A stretch of DNA of 64,000 nucleotides from IMG/VR virus record IMGVR_UViG_3300030099_005838; one strand, 5' to 3'. Position 1 is the stretch's first letter, and each line of letters begins with the position of its first letter. The position numbers were made by a program, and so were the translations under genes. Below are positions 10,684-20,100 of this stretch, in pieces. The notes beneath the pieces were generated by a model. It was not told the DNA's origin and searched no databases. It was given only the letters and a program-made list of their open reading frames with translations. Source of the DNA: a virus.

Positions 10684-11703
10684 ATGTTCAAACGACTAGA
10701 CCCAGGCGATAAAAGAATAACACCATTCAAAACATTTAAAGAGTTTACTGTTGCCAATACTGATAGTGGTAGTAATGTTTACAATTTTAGAGCGATTAGT
10801 GGTAGTACACGAAACTTTTCTACGTCATCGGCAGGTCTAACGTCTTACCCATCTGCATCATTCTATCATTTGTCTTCTTGGTATTTAATTAACAATCTGT
10901 ATTACAAACAAAAAAATGGTACTACAAGAAGACAGTTCCAACATATAAATCCATACGATAATTTTGGTGGTAACTCAGATAAACAATTTAGGTTCTTACA
11001 TACATCTGCATCCGTAATATCCATACCTCAATCTTTATATGGTGAAAGAATAAAACCTGGTTCTATAGAATTAACTGATGACTCAACTGGTGTGACTCTT
11101 TTACTTAAGGACGATGGTGAAGGTAACATCTATGATAACGCATATTCTTCTTCATATGTATCCTTCAAAAGTGGTTCACATCAAAATGGTAAATTTGATT
11201 TTTCAAAATTAACACAAACCACAGGTTCGGTAGTCGGTAATGTTTTTTACGATCATGGTGTCATAGTAATTACCGATACAGGTAGTCGTTATGTGGATGT
11301 CGCACAAAAAAGAGGTACTGATGGGTATTCTTTGAAATACAAAGCCACTCAGACGATATATGAACATGAGTATACTTGTTTGATAGGGCAGAACGAATTC
11401 AATGGTACAATGAACATATCGGCTACATTAAACAGAAGTGGTAGTATTACCGTATCGGGTTCTGAGAGTTGGAGATTGTTTCCACCAGGTGATGCATTAT
11501 ATAGTTCTGGTTCGTATAAACATTCTTATCAAGCTGCACCTTTTTATGAGAATTTTGTCACACACTCAGAATTTAGGCCATATATAACTAAGGTTGGTTT
11601 ATATAATGATTTCGACCAACTAATTGCAATTGGTTCATTGTCCGCACCGATAAAAAATGAAAAAGATTTGGACTTATCTATAGTCATAAGGTTTGATGCG
11701 TAA
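10684..11703 (+). CDS. Baseplate/tail-collar-type structural protein (paralog of upstream gene)
   Basis: 339 aa; C-terminal YITKVGLYNDFDQLIAIGSLSAPIK parallels the upstream gene, and internal segments also match (IKPGSIEL / MDPGNWEL). Confidence 0.6.
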   Translation: MFKRLDPGDKRITPFKTFKEFTVANTDSGSNVYNFRAISGSTRNFSTSSAGLTSYPSASFYHLSSWYLINNLYYKQKNGTTRRQFQHINPYDNFGGNSDKQFRFLHTSASVISIPQSLYGERIKPGSIELTDDSTGVTLLLKDDGEGNIYDNAYSSSYVSFKSGSHQNGKFDFSKLTQTTGSVVGNVFYDHGVIVITDTGSRYVDVAQKRGTDGYSLKYKATQTIYEHEYTCLIGQNEFNGTMNISATLNRSGSITVSGSESWRLFPPGDALYSSGSYKHSYQAAPFYENFVTHSEFRPYITKVGLYNDFDQLIAIGSLSAPIKNEKDLDLSIVIRFDA

Positions 11704-12092
11704 TGGGTAAGTTTAAAAAGATGATGGAACATTCTTTTCTTATTTCTGAAAGAATAGATTATATGGAAGTCGCTAAACAGTTAGTACGTTCTTATGGACT
11801 GAGGTCTAAAGTAAAAATGGGTAGAGGTAAAAATTTTGGTGAATATGTACCGGAAACTGATACAGTTACTCTTAGACCTAGCTATAAGTCTGTGAAAGAT
11901 TTTCTATTAACTATCTTGCATGAGATAGGACATGCATTAGATGCAAAAAGATTAGGGAAAAGAAAGTTTATGAAGAAATATACTCAAGCAGGTACGATGG
12001 CTGCTTATGATGGTTTAGATCCACACGATGATAATAAGTGGGAAGAAAAAGCAGAGAAGTTCGCTAAAAGAGAATTATCTAAGTGGTTATAA
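11703..12092 (+). CDS. Putative zinc metallopeptidase (HEXXH)
   Basis: TILHEIGHALDA motif plus a downstream WEEKAE glutamate; 129 aa. Confidence 0.6.
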   Translation: MGKFKKMMEHSFLISERIDYMEVAKQLVRSYGLRSKVKMGRGKNFGEYVPETDTVTLRPSYKSVKDFLLTILHEIGHALDAKRLGKRKFMKKYTQAGTMAAYDGLDPHDDNKWEEKAEKFAKRELSKWL

Positions 12093-12265
12093 AAATAAAT
12101 TTGTATTTGAAATAATTTCTTTATATATATTATTAATGTTAACATTTTTAATTTGGTTATAGAAAAATTCTGATAGATTTTCTTATAAAATATCTATGCC
12201 TTTTAATCAAAATAAAAATTAAGCATTAATAATAAGCAATAGCAAATAAATTAAGCAAAGCAATT
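12093..12265. promoter_or_regulatory. AT-rich intergenic control region upstream of the replication block (candidate promoter/operator/origin)
   Basis: Longest non-coding gap in the window. Contains TTGTAT/TTGAAA hexamers, a TATATATATT run, a perfect 12-bp palindrome AATGTTAACATT (12135-12146) and five AGCA repeats (12222-12262). Confidence 0.4.
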
Positions 12266-12601
12266 ATGAAAACAAGAAGCGCTAAAAATAAAGGCAAAAG
12301 GCTTCAAAATAAAGTTAAAGAACTTTTACTTGAATCGTTTCAACAATTAGAAGAAGACGATATCCGTTCAGCAATTATGGGTGAAACAGGAGAAGATATT
12401 AAATTATCACCGGCGGCTCGTAAACTTATTCCTTACTCTTTCGAATGTAAAAATCAAGAAAAAATAAATATATGGGATTCTTTGAATCAAGCAGAAGAAA
12501 ATAGTGGTGTTTACAATCCTGTGTTGATATTTAAAAGAAACAGAAGTAAAACATATGCTGTAATCAACATTGAAAAATTTATAGAACTAATATGCAAATA
12601 G
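12266..12601 (+). CDS. Holliday junction resolvase-like PD-(D/E)XK nuclease
   Basis: KGKRLQ...GEDI...YSFECKNQE pattern of Hjc-type resolvases; adjacent to primase. Confidence 0.7.
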   Translation: MKTRSAKNKGKRLQNKVKELLLESFQQLEEDDIRSAIMGETGEDIKLSPAARKLIPYSFECKNQEKINIWDSLNQAEENSGVYNPVLIFKRNRSKTYAVINIEKFIELICK

Positions 12602-13524
12602 TAAGTCTTTTAAATAAAGTCATAAAAAATCGCGGTAGACGATTAAAGAAGGCAGATGAATATATGTATTGGTCTCCCTTCACTTCACATCACAAACCTA
12701 AATTACAGATTAATATAAAAACTGGCAAATGGCATTGTTGGGTTAGTAATCAAGGTGGACATAACTTATTTCAGTTATTTAAAAAATTAAACGCATCTAA
12801 AGATGATTATGATGATTTGTCAGAAATATTTGGTGATGTCAAAAGATATAGAACCAAAGAGGAATCCTTAAGAAAACTACGTCTACCGAAAGAATTTAAA
12901 TCTATACTTGATGATTGTGATAGTATAGTCAAGAGACATGCTTTGACACATCTTAAAAAAAGAGGGATAGGCGATACCGATATGATTAGATATAATATAG
13001 GATACTGTGATTCTGGTTTATATTCTGATAGAGTCATAGTTCCCTCATATGATAGTAAGGGTGATTTAAATTACTTCATAGCAAGAAGTATTTTTGATGG
13101 TGGGATGAAATACAAAAATCCTCCTGTGAGTAAAGATGTGATTGGTTTTGAGTTATTTATAAATTGGGATGAACCTATAATATTATGCGAGGGTGTATTC
13201 GATGCTATAGCAGTAAAGAGAAATGCTATACCATTATTCGGTAAAACCATACCTAAGTCCCTAATGAAAAAAATATTTGAAAAAAGAGTTGGTAAGATAT
13301 ATATATTGCTAGACAATGATGCTTATTGGGATTCGATTAAGATGACAGACGTACTTATGAGAAATGGTATAGATGTTAAGATGGTTAGGATGAAAGATAA
13401 AGACCCATCTGATATGGGTTTTAGAAAAGTAACACATCTAATAAAAGATTCTCAAACTACATCTTTTTCTGATTTAATTAGGATGAAGTTAAATGGCAAA
13501 ACAAAAAAATATATGGAAATTTAA
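12592..13524 (+). CDS. DNA primase (DnaG/TOPRIM type)
   Basis: DRVIVP...NYFIARS...KYKNP, then TOPRIM ILCEGVFDAIAV...ILLDNDA...KDPSD; degenerate N-terminal zinc-binding region. Confidence 0.85.
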   Translation: MQIVSLLNKVIKNRGRRLKKADEYMYWSPFTSHHKPKLQINIKTGKWHCWVSNQGGHNLFQLFKKLNASKDDYDDLSEIFGDVKRYRTKEESLRKLRLPKEFKSILDDCDSIVKRHALTHLKKRGIGDTDMIRYNIGYCDSGLYSDRVIVPSYDSKGDLNYFIARSIFDGGMKYKNPPVSKDVIGFELFINWDEPIILCEGVFDAIAVKRNAIPLFGKTIPKSLMKKIFEKRVGKIYILLDNDAYWDSIKMTDVLMRNGIDVKMVRMKDKDPSDMGFRKVTHLIKDSQTTSFSDLIRMKLNGKTKKYMEI

Positions 13525-13711
13525 TGATGATGAATGGAAAGTTCACATTAACGATAACGACACTCTTAAAAAACTCAATGACGTTTTTGGCTTGGGTAGT
13601 TCTACTATATACTATGAAAGCGGTAGACTATCTCAAGAAACAGCTTGGGATGTCATAGTGCCAAATAGTAAAATTGATAAAGTTAAAAAATTCTTAAAGG
13701 ATAATACTTGA
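13493..13711 (+). CDS. Hypothetical protein
   Basis: 72 aa; overlaps both neighbours; no motif recognised. Confidence 0.55.
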   Translation: MAKQKNIWKFNDDEWKVHINDNDTLKKLNDVFGLGSSTIYYESGRLSQETAWDVIVPNSKIDKVKKFLKDNT

Positions 13712-16700
13712 TTAAAGAAAATGTTGTTAAAGTACCTTTTCGTAAGTTAAAATACATACATCATATTTCGGATATTCAAATCCGTAATCTAAAGCGACAT
13801 AAGGAATATGAAGAAGTATTCGAACGCACATACGAAGAAGTAAAAAAACATAAAGATAATGCCGTAGTCTATATTGGTGGTGATATAGCACACTCTAAAA
13901 CTGAAATGTCGCCTGAACTAGTCGATCAGCTCTCACGATTATTTAAGAACCTTGCAGATATATGTCCTACAATTATCATTGCAGGAAATCACGATTGTAA
14001 TCTCAATAATCGTTCTCGTATGGATGTACTCTCTCCTATCGTAAACAACCTACAACATTCTGATTTACACTATCTGAAACATAGTGGTGTTTATAAATGT
14101 GCCGATGTTAAATTTGTCGTATGGGATGTATGGGAAAAGGAAGATGATTACATTGAGGCTAAAGACTTTGATGGAGATACAAAGATAGTTCTCTTTCACG
14201 GAACAGTTGATAAGTCAGAAACGGATTTAGGATTCTTCTTACCATCGGATGTTAAGATTTCTAAATTCAAAGGTTATGATATGGGATTGCTAGGTGACAT
14301 CCACAAAAGACAGCATCTCAATAAAAAAGAAACTATATCTTACTGTGGCTCACTGGTTCAACAGAATCATGGGGAGGGGTTGAGCCACGGTTATTTACTG
14401 TGGGATGTTCCAAAGAGAAAGTCAAAGTATATAGAGATACCAAATGACTACGGCTATTATACCATCGACATCGAAAGTGGTAAAGTGCCAGATTGTCCTG
14501 ATATTCCAAAAAAAGCTCGTCTAAGAGTTAGAGTTTCAGATACTACACCATCCCAATTGAAGAAAGCTATGACTATGATTCATAGTCAATATGGGATTAA
14601 AGAAGTTTCAGTAACGAGAACAGATTCATTTACAGCTCAGGAAAAAGTCAGAGGACAGAGGATAACGGTTGGTGATGTAAGAGATGCAGACTATCAGTAT
14701 GGTTTGATAGAAGAGTATCTGAAACAAAATCATTATGTAGATGATGATACACTTATAGATATTAAGAAAATCAATAAAGATTTGAACTCAATGTTGCCTG
14801 CTGATGATTATAATCAAAGGGGTATAACTTGGGATGTAAAAAAGTTTGAATTTGATAATATGTTTAGTTATGGAGAAAACAACGTAGTTGACTTTACGAA
14901 ACTAAATGGCATAGTTGGGATATTTGCCCCCAACGCGAGTGGTAAATCTTCTTTATTGGATTCTCTTTCATTTTGTTTATTCGATACATCTTCTAGAGCT
15001 TATAAAGCATTGAACGTTCTGAATAATAAAAAAGATAATTTCTATTGTAAAGCCACACTAGAGGTTGAAGGTTGTGAATACTTTATAGAAAGAAAAGGTA
15101 AGAAACAAAGAAATGGTCATGTAAAAGTTGATGTAGACTTTTGGACATATGATGATGCCGGTGAAAAGCTATCTTTAAATGGCGACCAAAGACGAACAAC
15201 TGATGTAAACATTCGTAAGGTTATCGGTACATACGAAGATTTTATTATGACGGCATTATCATTACAGACAAACTCTACTGTTTTTATTGATAAGACACAA
15301 AAAGAAAGAAAAGACCTTTTGGCACAATTTATGGGTATAGGTGTTTTCGATCAGTTATATCATCTAGCATCTGAGGAGATATCGGATGTTAATTCTTTAC
15401 TAAAGTCATTTGCTAAAAACAATTACGATAAAGATTTAGCAGAAATTAAAACAGAGTTAGTTGATATGAAAAAAGATTCAAAAGAACTTACTTCAAAGAA
15501 AAAAGAATTGGTTTCTGATAAAAAAAGATATGACAAAAAGATAATCGATTTAACAAAGCAACTCAAAAAGGTTGATGAAACTGCGGAAAGTTTAGATGAG
15601 TTGCAAGAGCGTAAAATTAATCTTACAAATTCTTTGAATAAAGTAGATGAAAGGGTTGGTGAGATCGCTACATTATCAGAACAGTATACTGTAGAAGAAA
15701 CTGAACTGAATGAGAAGATAAAAATCTACAGAGAAAATGAGATTGATAAGAAATTTGCTCAATTAGAACAATATAAGTTAGATAAGAGTAACAACCAAAT
15801 TGAGATTGATAAACTGAAAATAGAAGTTCAGAACAAACTTGACAAAATAAATAAATTAGGTAACTTAGAATATGATCCTGATTGCTCTTATTGTATGGCG
15901 AATCCATTTACACTAGATGCTATGGAAACAAAAAAGAAACTAAATGATGATAAGATGTTAGCAGACACTTTCGTAAAACAATCTGATAATTTGGATGATA
16001 TAATAAATGGATTATCTCATATAACGGCACACAAAGAACAAATGGATGATTCTATAAACAGCCTGAGTTTGCTAACAACTAACATCAGTAAGTTAGATAG
16101 TGAGAAGAAACTTACTACTGAAAAAAGAAAGAATCTGATTAGTCAATTAGCTATAATAGAAGATAAGATTAATCTATATCACGAACAAGAAAAAGATATA
16201 ATCTTTAACAAAAGCCTACACAAAGAAATTGAGGATTCTCAACAACAGTCCGATGTAATAGAACAGTTCATAGATGATGCTGATAAGAAACTTCAAACTG
16301 TAAATGGTGAAATAAAAGTTTTAGAAACTCAAAGAAAAACTATTATACAAAATATTAAGAAGGTAGAGAAGTTAGAAGGTAAGTATGCTGCTTATCAATA
16401 CTATATGGATGCAATAAAAAGAGATGGTATACCTTACGAATTGATATCTAAGGCACTTCCAACTATAGAAGGTGCAGTAAACGATATCCTTTCACAGATA
16501 GTGGACTTCTCTATGATATTAGAAATGGATGGTAAAAATATCAATTGTTACATTGTTTACGATGATGATAATGTATGGCCTTTAGAATTATCTAGTGGTA
16601 TGGAACGATTTATCTCCTCTCTAGCCATGCGTGTGGGATTGATAAATGTGTCTAATCTTCCGGCACCAAACTTTTTAGCAATTGATGAGGGTTGGGGTAC

Positions 16701-16866
16701 TATGGATTCAGATAACCTAAACTCTGTTTACAATCTGTTTCAATACCTAAAATCACAATTTCAGTTTACGATGATTGTTTCTCATATAGATTCTATGAGA
16801 GATGCTGTTGATACCCTATTAGAGATAAAGAAAGAAAACACTTTTTCTAATGTTGCTTACGATTAG
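13708..16866 (+). CDS. Fused SbcD-SbcC (Mre11-Rad50; T4 gp47-gp46-like) recombination nuclease/ATPase
   Basis: N-terminal metallophosphoesterase motifs (HISDIQ, GGDIAH, AGNHD, FHG, LGDIH). Then Walker A APNASGKSS, a coiled coil with central CSYC zinc hook, signature LSSGME, Walker B AIDEG and H-loop VSH. TTG start. Confidence 0.9.
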   Translation: MIKENVVKVPFRKLKYIHHISDIQIRNLKRHKEYEEVFERTYEEVKKHKDNAVVYIGGDIAHSKTEMSPELVDQLSRLFKNLADICPTIIIAGNHDCNLNNRSRMDVLSPIVNNLQHSDLHYLKHSGVYKCADVKFVVWDVWEKEDDYIEAKDFDGDTKIVLFHGTVDKSETDLGFFLPSDVKISKFKGYDMGLLGDIHKRQHLNKKETISYCGSLVQQNHGEGLSHGYLLWDVPKRKSKYIEIPNDYGYYTIDIESGKVPDCPDIPKKARLRVRVSDTTPSQLKKAMTMIHSQYGIKEVSVTRTDSFTAQEKVRGQRITVGDVRDADYQYGLIEEYLKQNHYVDDDTLIDIKKINKDLNSMLPADDYNQRGITWDVKKFEFDNMFSYGENNVVDFTKLNGIVGIFAPNASGKSSLLDSLSFCLFDTSSRAYKALNVLNNKKDNFYCKATLEVEGCEYFIERKGKKQRNGHVKVDVDFWTYDDAGEKLSLNGDQRRTTDVNIRKVIGTYEDFIMTALSLQTNSTVFIDKTQKERKDLLAQFMGIGVFDQLYHLASEEISDVNSLLKSFAKNNYDKDLAEIKTELVDMKKDSKELTSKKKELVSDKKRYDKKIIDLTKQLKKVDETAESLDELQERKINLTNSLNKVDERVGEIATLSEQYTVEETELNEKIKIYRENEIDKKFAQLEQYKLDKSNNQIEIDKLKIEVQNKLDKINKLGNLEYDPDCSYCMANPFTLDAMETKKKLNDDKMLADTFVKQSDNLDDIINGLSHITAHKEQMDDSINSLSLLTTNISKLDSEKKLTTEKRKNLISQLAIIEDKINLYHEQEKDIIFNKSLHKEIEDSQQQSDVIEQFIDDADKKLQTVNGEIKVLETQRKTIIQNIKKVEKLEGKYAAYQYYMDAIKRDGIPYELISKALPTIEGAVNDILSQIVDFSMILEMDGKNINCYIVYDDDNVWPLELSSGMERFISSLAMRVGLINVSNLPAPNFLAIDEGWGTMDSDNLNSVYNLFQYLKSQFQFTMIVSHIDSMRDAVDTLLEIKKENTFSNVAYD

Positions 16867-17020
16867 AATATAATATTTTTCTAGGTTTAGTTTCTCCTCT
16901 TTTCAAACTCAGGATATACTGGTTAAGTACGCCAGACATAGTGGTGCTTTCTTCTCTAACATATACTCTAAACCAGTCTACCAGACTCTCTTCTATAGTA
17001 AATGAATATTTCTTTTTCAT
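16847..17020 (-). CDS. Small ribbon-helix-helix (CopG/Arc-like) DNA-binding protein
   Basis: MKKKYSFTIEESLVDWFRVYVREESTTMSGVLNQYILSL shows the RHH strand-helix-helix pattern. GGAG lies 9 nt before ATG 17020. The ORF-track N-terminal extension is likely spurious. Confidence 0.65.
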   Translation of the reverse strand: MKKKYSFTIEESLVDWFRVYVREESTTMSGVLNQYILSLKRGETKPRKILYSNRKQH

Positions 17021-17045
17021 ACCGATAATCTCCATACATTGTATA

Positions 17046-17084
17046 TATAAATAATTATTCTTTTTTGAAAGTTTTATATTTATA
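17046..17084. promoter_or_regulatory. Back-to-back TATTTATA motifs (divergent promoters)
   Basis: TATTTATA on the minus strand (17046-17053) points to the RHH gene; ATATTTATA on the plus strand (17076-17084) points to the 4202-aa gene. Confidence 0.55.
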
Positions 17085-17102
17085 ATTAAACAGATTATCA
17101 AT

Positions 17103-20100
17103 ATGAGTATAGTTAAAAAATTCAATCAATTAAAAAACTTAAACCAGTTAGACATGCTGGTTGATGACTTCAATGAATCAAGACATTTCGTCATAACTGA
17201 TTTACCCGAAAGTTTGCCACAGGGTAGAAGTTCATTTCTGATAGAAACAGGCCCTTTTCTTAAAGAAGGTATAGAACTACAAATAGACTTTGTTGATTCT
17301 GAAGGTAATTCTATCTATCACGAACCAATTGACGATTATTTAGAAGGTACTTCGCGTAGAATATCAGTAGAAGTATATAGTGATACTGGGCCGGGTGTGG
17401 CAAATCTAATCATAGTAGGTGAATTAGATTCTGTACCGACTTCACAAGGTTCTTTTTCCGATGTAGAAGAAGTACCTGAAGATTGGAGGGGTATTTATAA
17501 TGTAAGATTAACCAAAGAAATTATAATAAACCCAACTGAAATAAATACAGAACCGATAAGATTTTACACACAACCTAAAATATCTGTATCTGAAAAAAGA
17601 TTTGGCACTTTAGTTCGTACCGAAACAAGTGCGTCTATAAGTGCATCATTTAACTCAATAGAGGGATTACCAGATCAAAACTTTGAATTTACTGTATTTG
17701 AAACTGAAGAGCCAAAACAGGGTTCTTTATCTGAGGTGAGTGACAAAAGAACCAAGCCGAAAAATAAAACAGACTCTATTTTCAAATTAGGTAATCAATT
17801 TAAAAACAAAAAAGGTAAAAGGAAAAGTAGTATATTCAAAAGGATTGGACATATAGCAAGATCTCGTTCTCCAATAGAATATCCCTATTCATTTAGAATT
17901 ACTAACTCTGATGAATTTACTACAAAGGATATTGGTGCAAGAGTCATATTAAAAACAATAAATTCTTCTGCATACAATAGGGAGCAATTCGATACTTCGA
18001 ATATTCCATTTCCACCAACTCTAAATAATTATACTGGATCTATTGCAGAGCTTCGTAATAATAAAATTGCATTACTTGAAAAACCTTTTACCAATAAGAA
18101 TGCCAACGATCAGGATGTTATAATACCATTCTTTGGAACGGTTGAATTAGTAAAACAAGCAGAACCCACTTCTTCATACAGTACAGCAAATATAATCTCA
18201 TATGCAGATGTTGTGTTGAGTGATATGAGAACTTTTTCGGGTGACGTATTCAAAGCTAAGATTATGGTGAGAAGTGAAGGTTCGTTTGACGATTTCAAAA
18301 CTTTAGCAGAAATACCTGTTGAATCATCCGAACTTATGATAGACCCATTATCAGTTGGATTATCCGAGCACACAGGATATTATGAGAATCAACAAAATAT
18401 AAATACTTATTGGAATACAACAGGTGGAACATCAACATTTTCGAATAGTCCATTATTGGATGGCGTATATGTTTCAGGTAGCGTAGCGACCTTTGAAAAT
18501 CAGATTAAATTTAGTCTTAAAGATGCGTATAAATTTTCACTCACAAAAAATATAGATTTTACACTATCTTTTAATGCATATACAGAAAGGGGGAATGATA
18601 CTCGCTCTCTACTAGCAGTCTATATCTCAGGCTCATCATTTTCCCATAATAGTGACATTTTTGTAGACAGTGCAACTAATAAAGTTTTGGTTGATGACAA
18701 TACCTATGGATATAGATTGGGTACAATAGAGGTTGATGACCAGACTGAAAAAGACTTAGGTTTAGTTGTACAAAATTTCACACCACAAAATACAGGCGAT
18801 GCAGTCGTTCAATTTAGAGTTATAGAAGGTAGTTGGTATTTTTCTGATATATCAGTAAAACCATCTGAGGATACAGGATTTTCACCATCAACATTTACAT
18901 TTCAAAAGGAAATGCCTTTGGAGTTTCAACATAAGAGACCGGATACTTTTGAATTTTTAGTGGAGTTTTATGATGCAAATGATAATATTGCAGACAGTCT
19001 CGCATTCAATACAGGCTCATTATTTACTGGAGGAAATGTTGTTATAAGTGGTAATGATAATATACAAAGTGGAGATATGTTTTTGGGTGGAGATAGCACG
19101 GGTAGTGGTATTCATTTTGGTGGTGTCGATTCTGTATTACCTGAAACTGGCCAGGATGGAGCAGAGGGTTCTGGTTTTATTCGTTCTATAGGATATCAAG
19201 GATTTGTATCAGCATCTAATTCATCTCTTGGTGGTAAATTTGGATTTATGATTTATAGTGGTTCTGTATTACCAAGTAGTGGTGACAATTATGCTGGTGT
19301 AGGATTAGAATTGGTAGGTGCGAGTGGTTCTTTAAAATTTAGAACTAATCCATCTATATTCGAAGTTGTTGCAGATGCTTTTTTTGTAGGTTCAACATCG
19401 ACACAATTCATAAGTGGTTCTTCCGGTGCTATAGAAATTAGTTCTTCCAACTTCCATCTTACTCCTCAAGGAAATGTTACAATGAGTGGTATCATAACTG
19501 CAGAAGGTGGAAACATAGGAGACTTCAGAATAATAGGTGGACAGATAAGTGGTTCTAATATGACATTTAATGCACCTCGTTCACAATTGTTCAAAACCGA
19601 CCAAGGGCCAGGTAGTGATACAGTCGCACAGTTTGATGAGAAAAGAGATGAATATTATATAGATTTTACACCTAGCGGAAGTGGTGATGCTGATGGTACA
19701 AACTATTATATTAAAATGGGACCAAGCTTTATGGTTGATAAAGATGGTATCCTCATAGCTAGTGGAGCAGAGTTCGTAGGTACAATAACAGCATCTGCAG
19801 GTTTGATTGGTGGATTCACAACAGACTCCCATTCATTCAGTAGTAATAACATTTTCATAAGTGGTTCACCATTACAAGGGAGTGTTGATGATTCTAAGCA
19901 TATGTTTATCAGCACTTCAAACTTCAATGTCAAACAAAGTGGTGATATTACAGGTTCTAAAGTATTATTCACAGGTGGGAAGTTAGGTGGGTTTAATATT
20001 AACAATACATCAATAAGAGATGTAAACAACACAGTAGAATTGAGTAGTGCATTACCTGGTTTAAAAATAAAGGATAATGGTGGTACGGATAGAGTATTGG

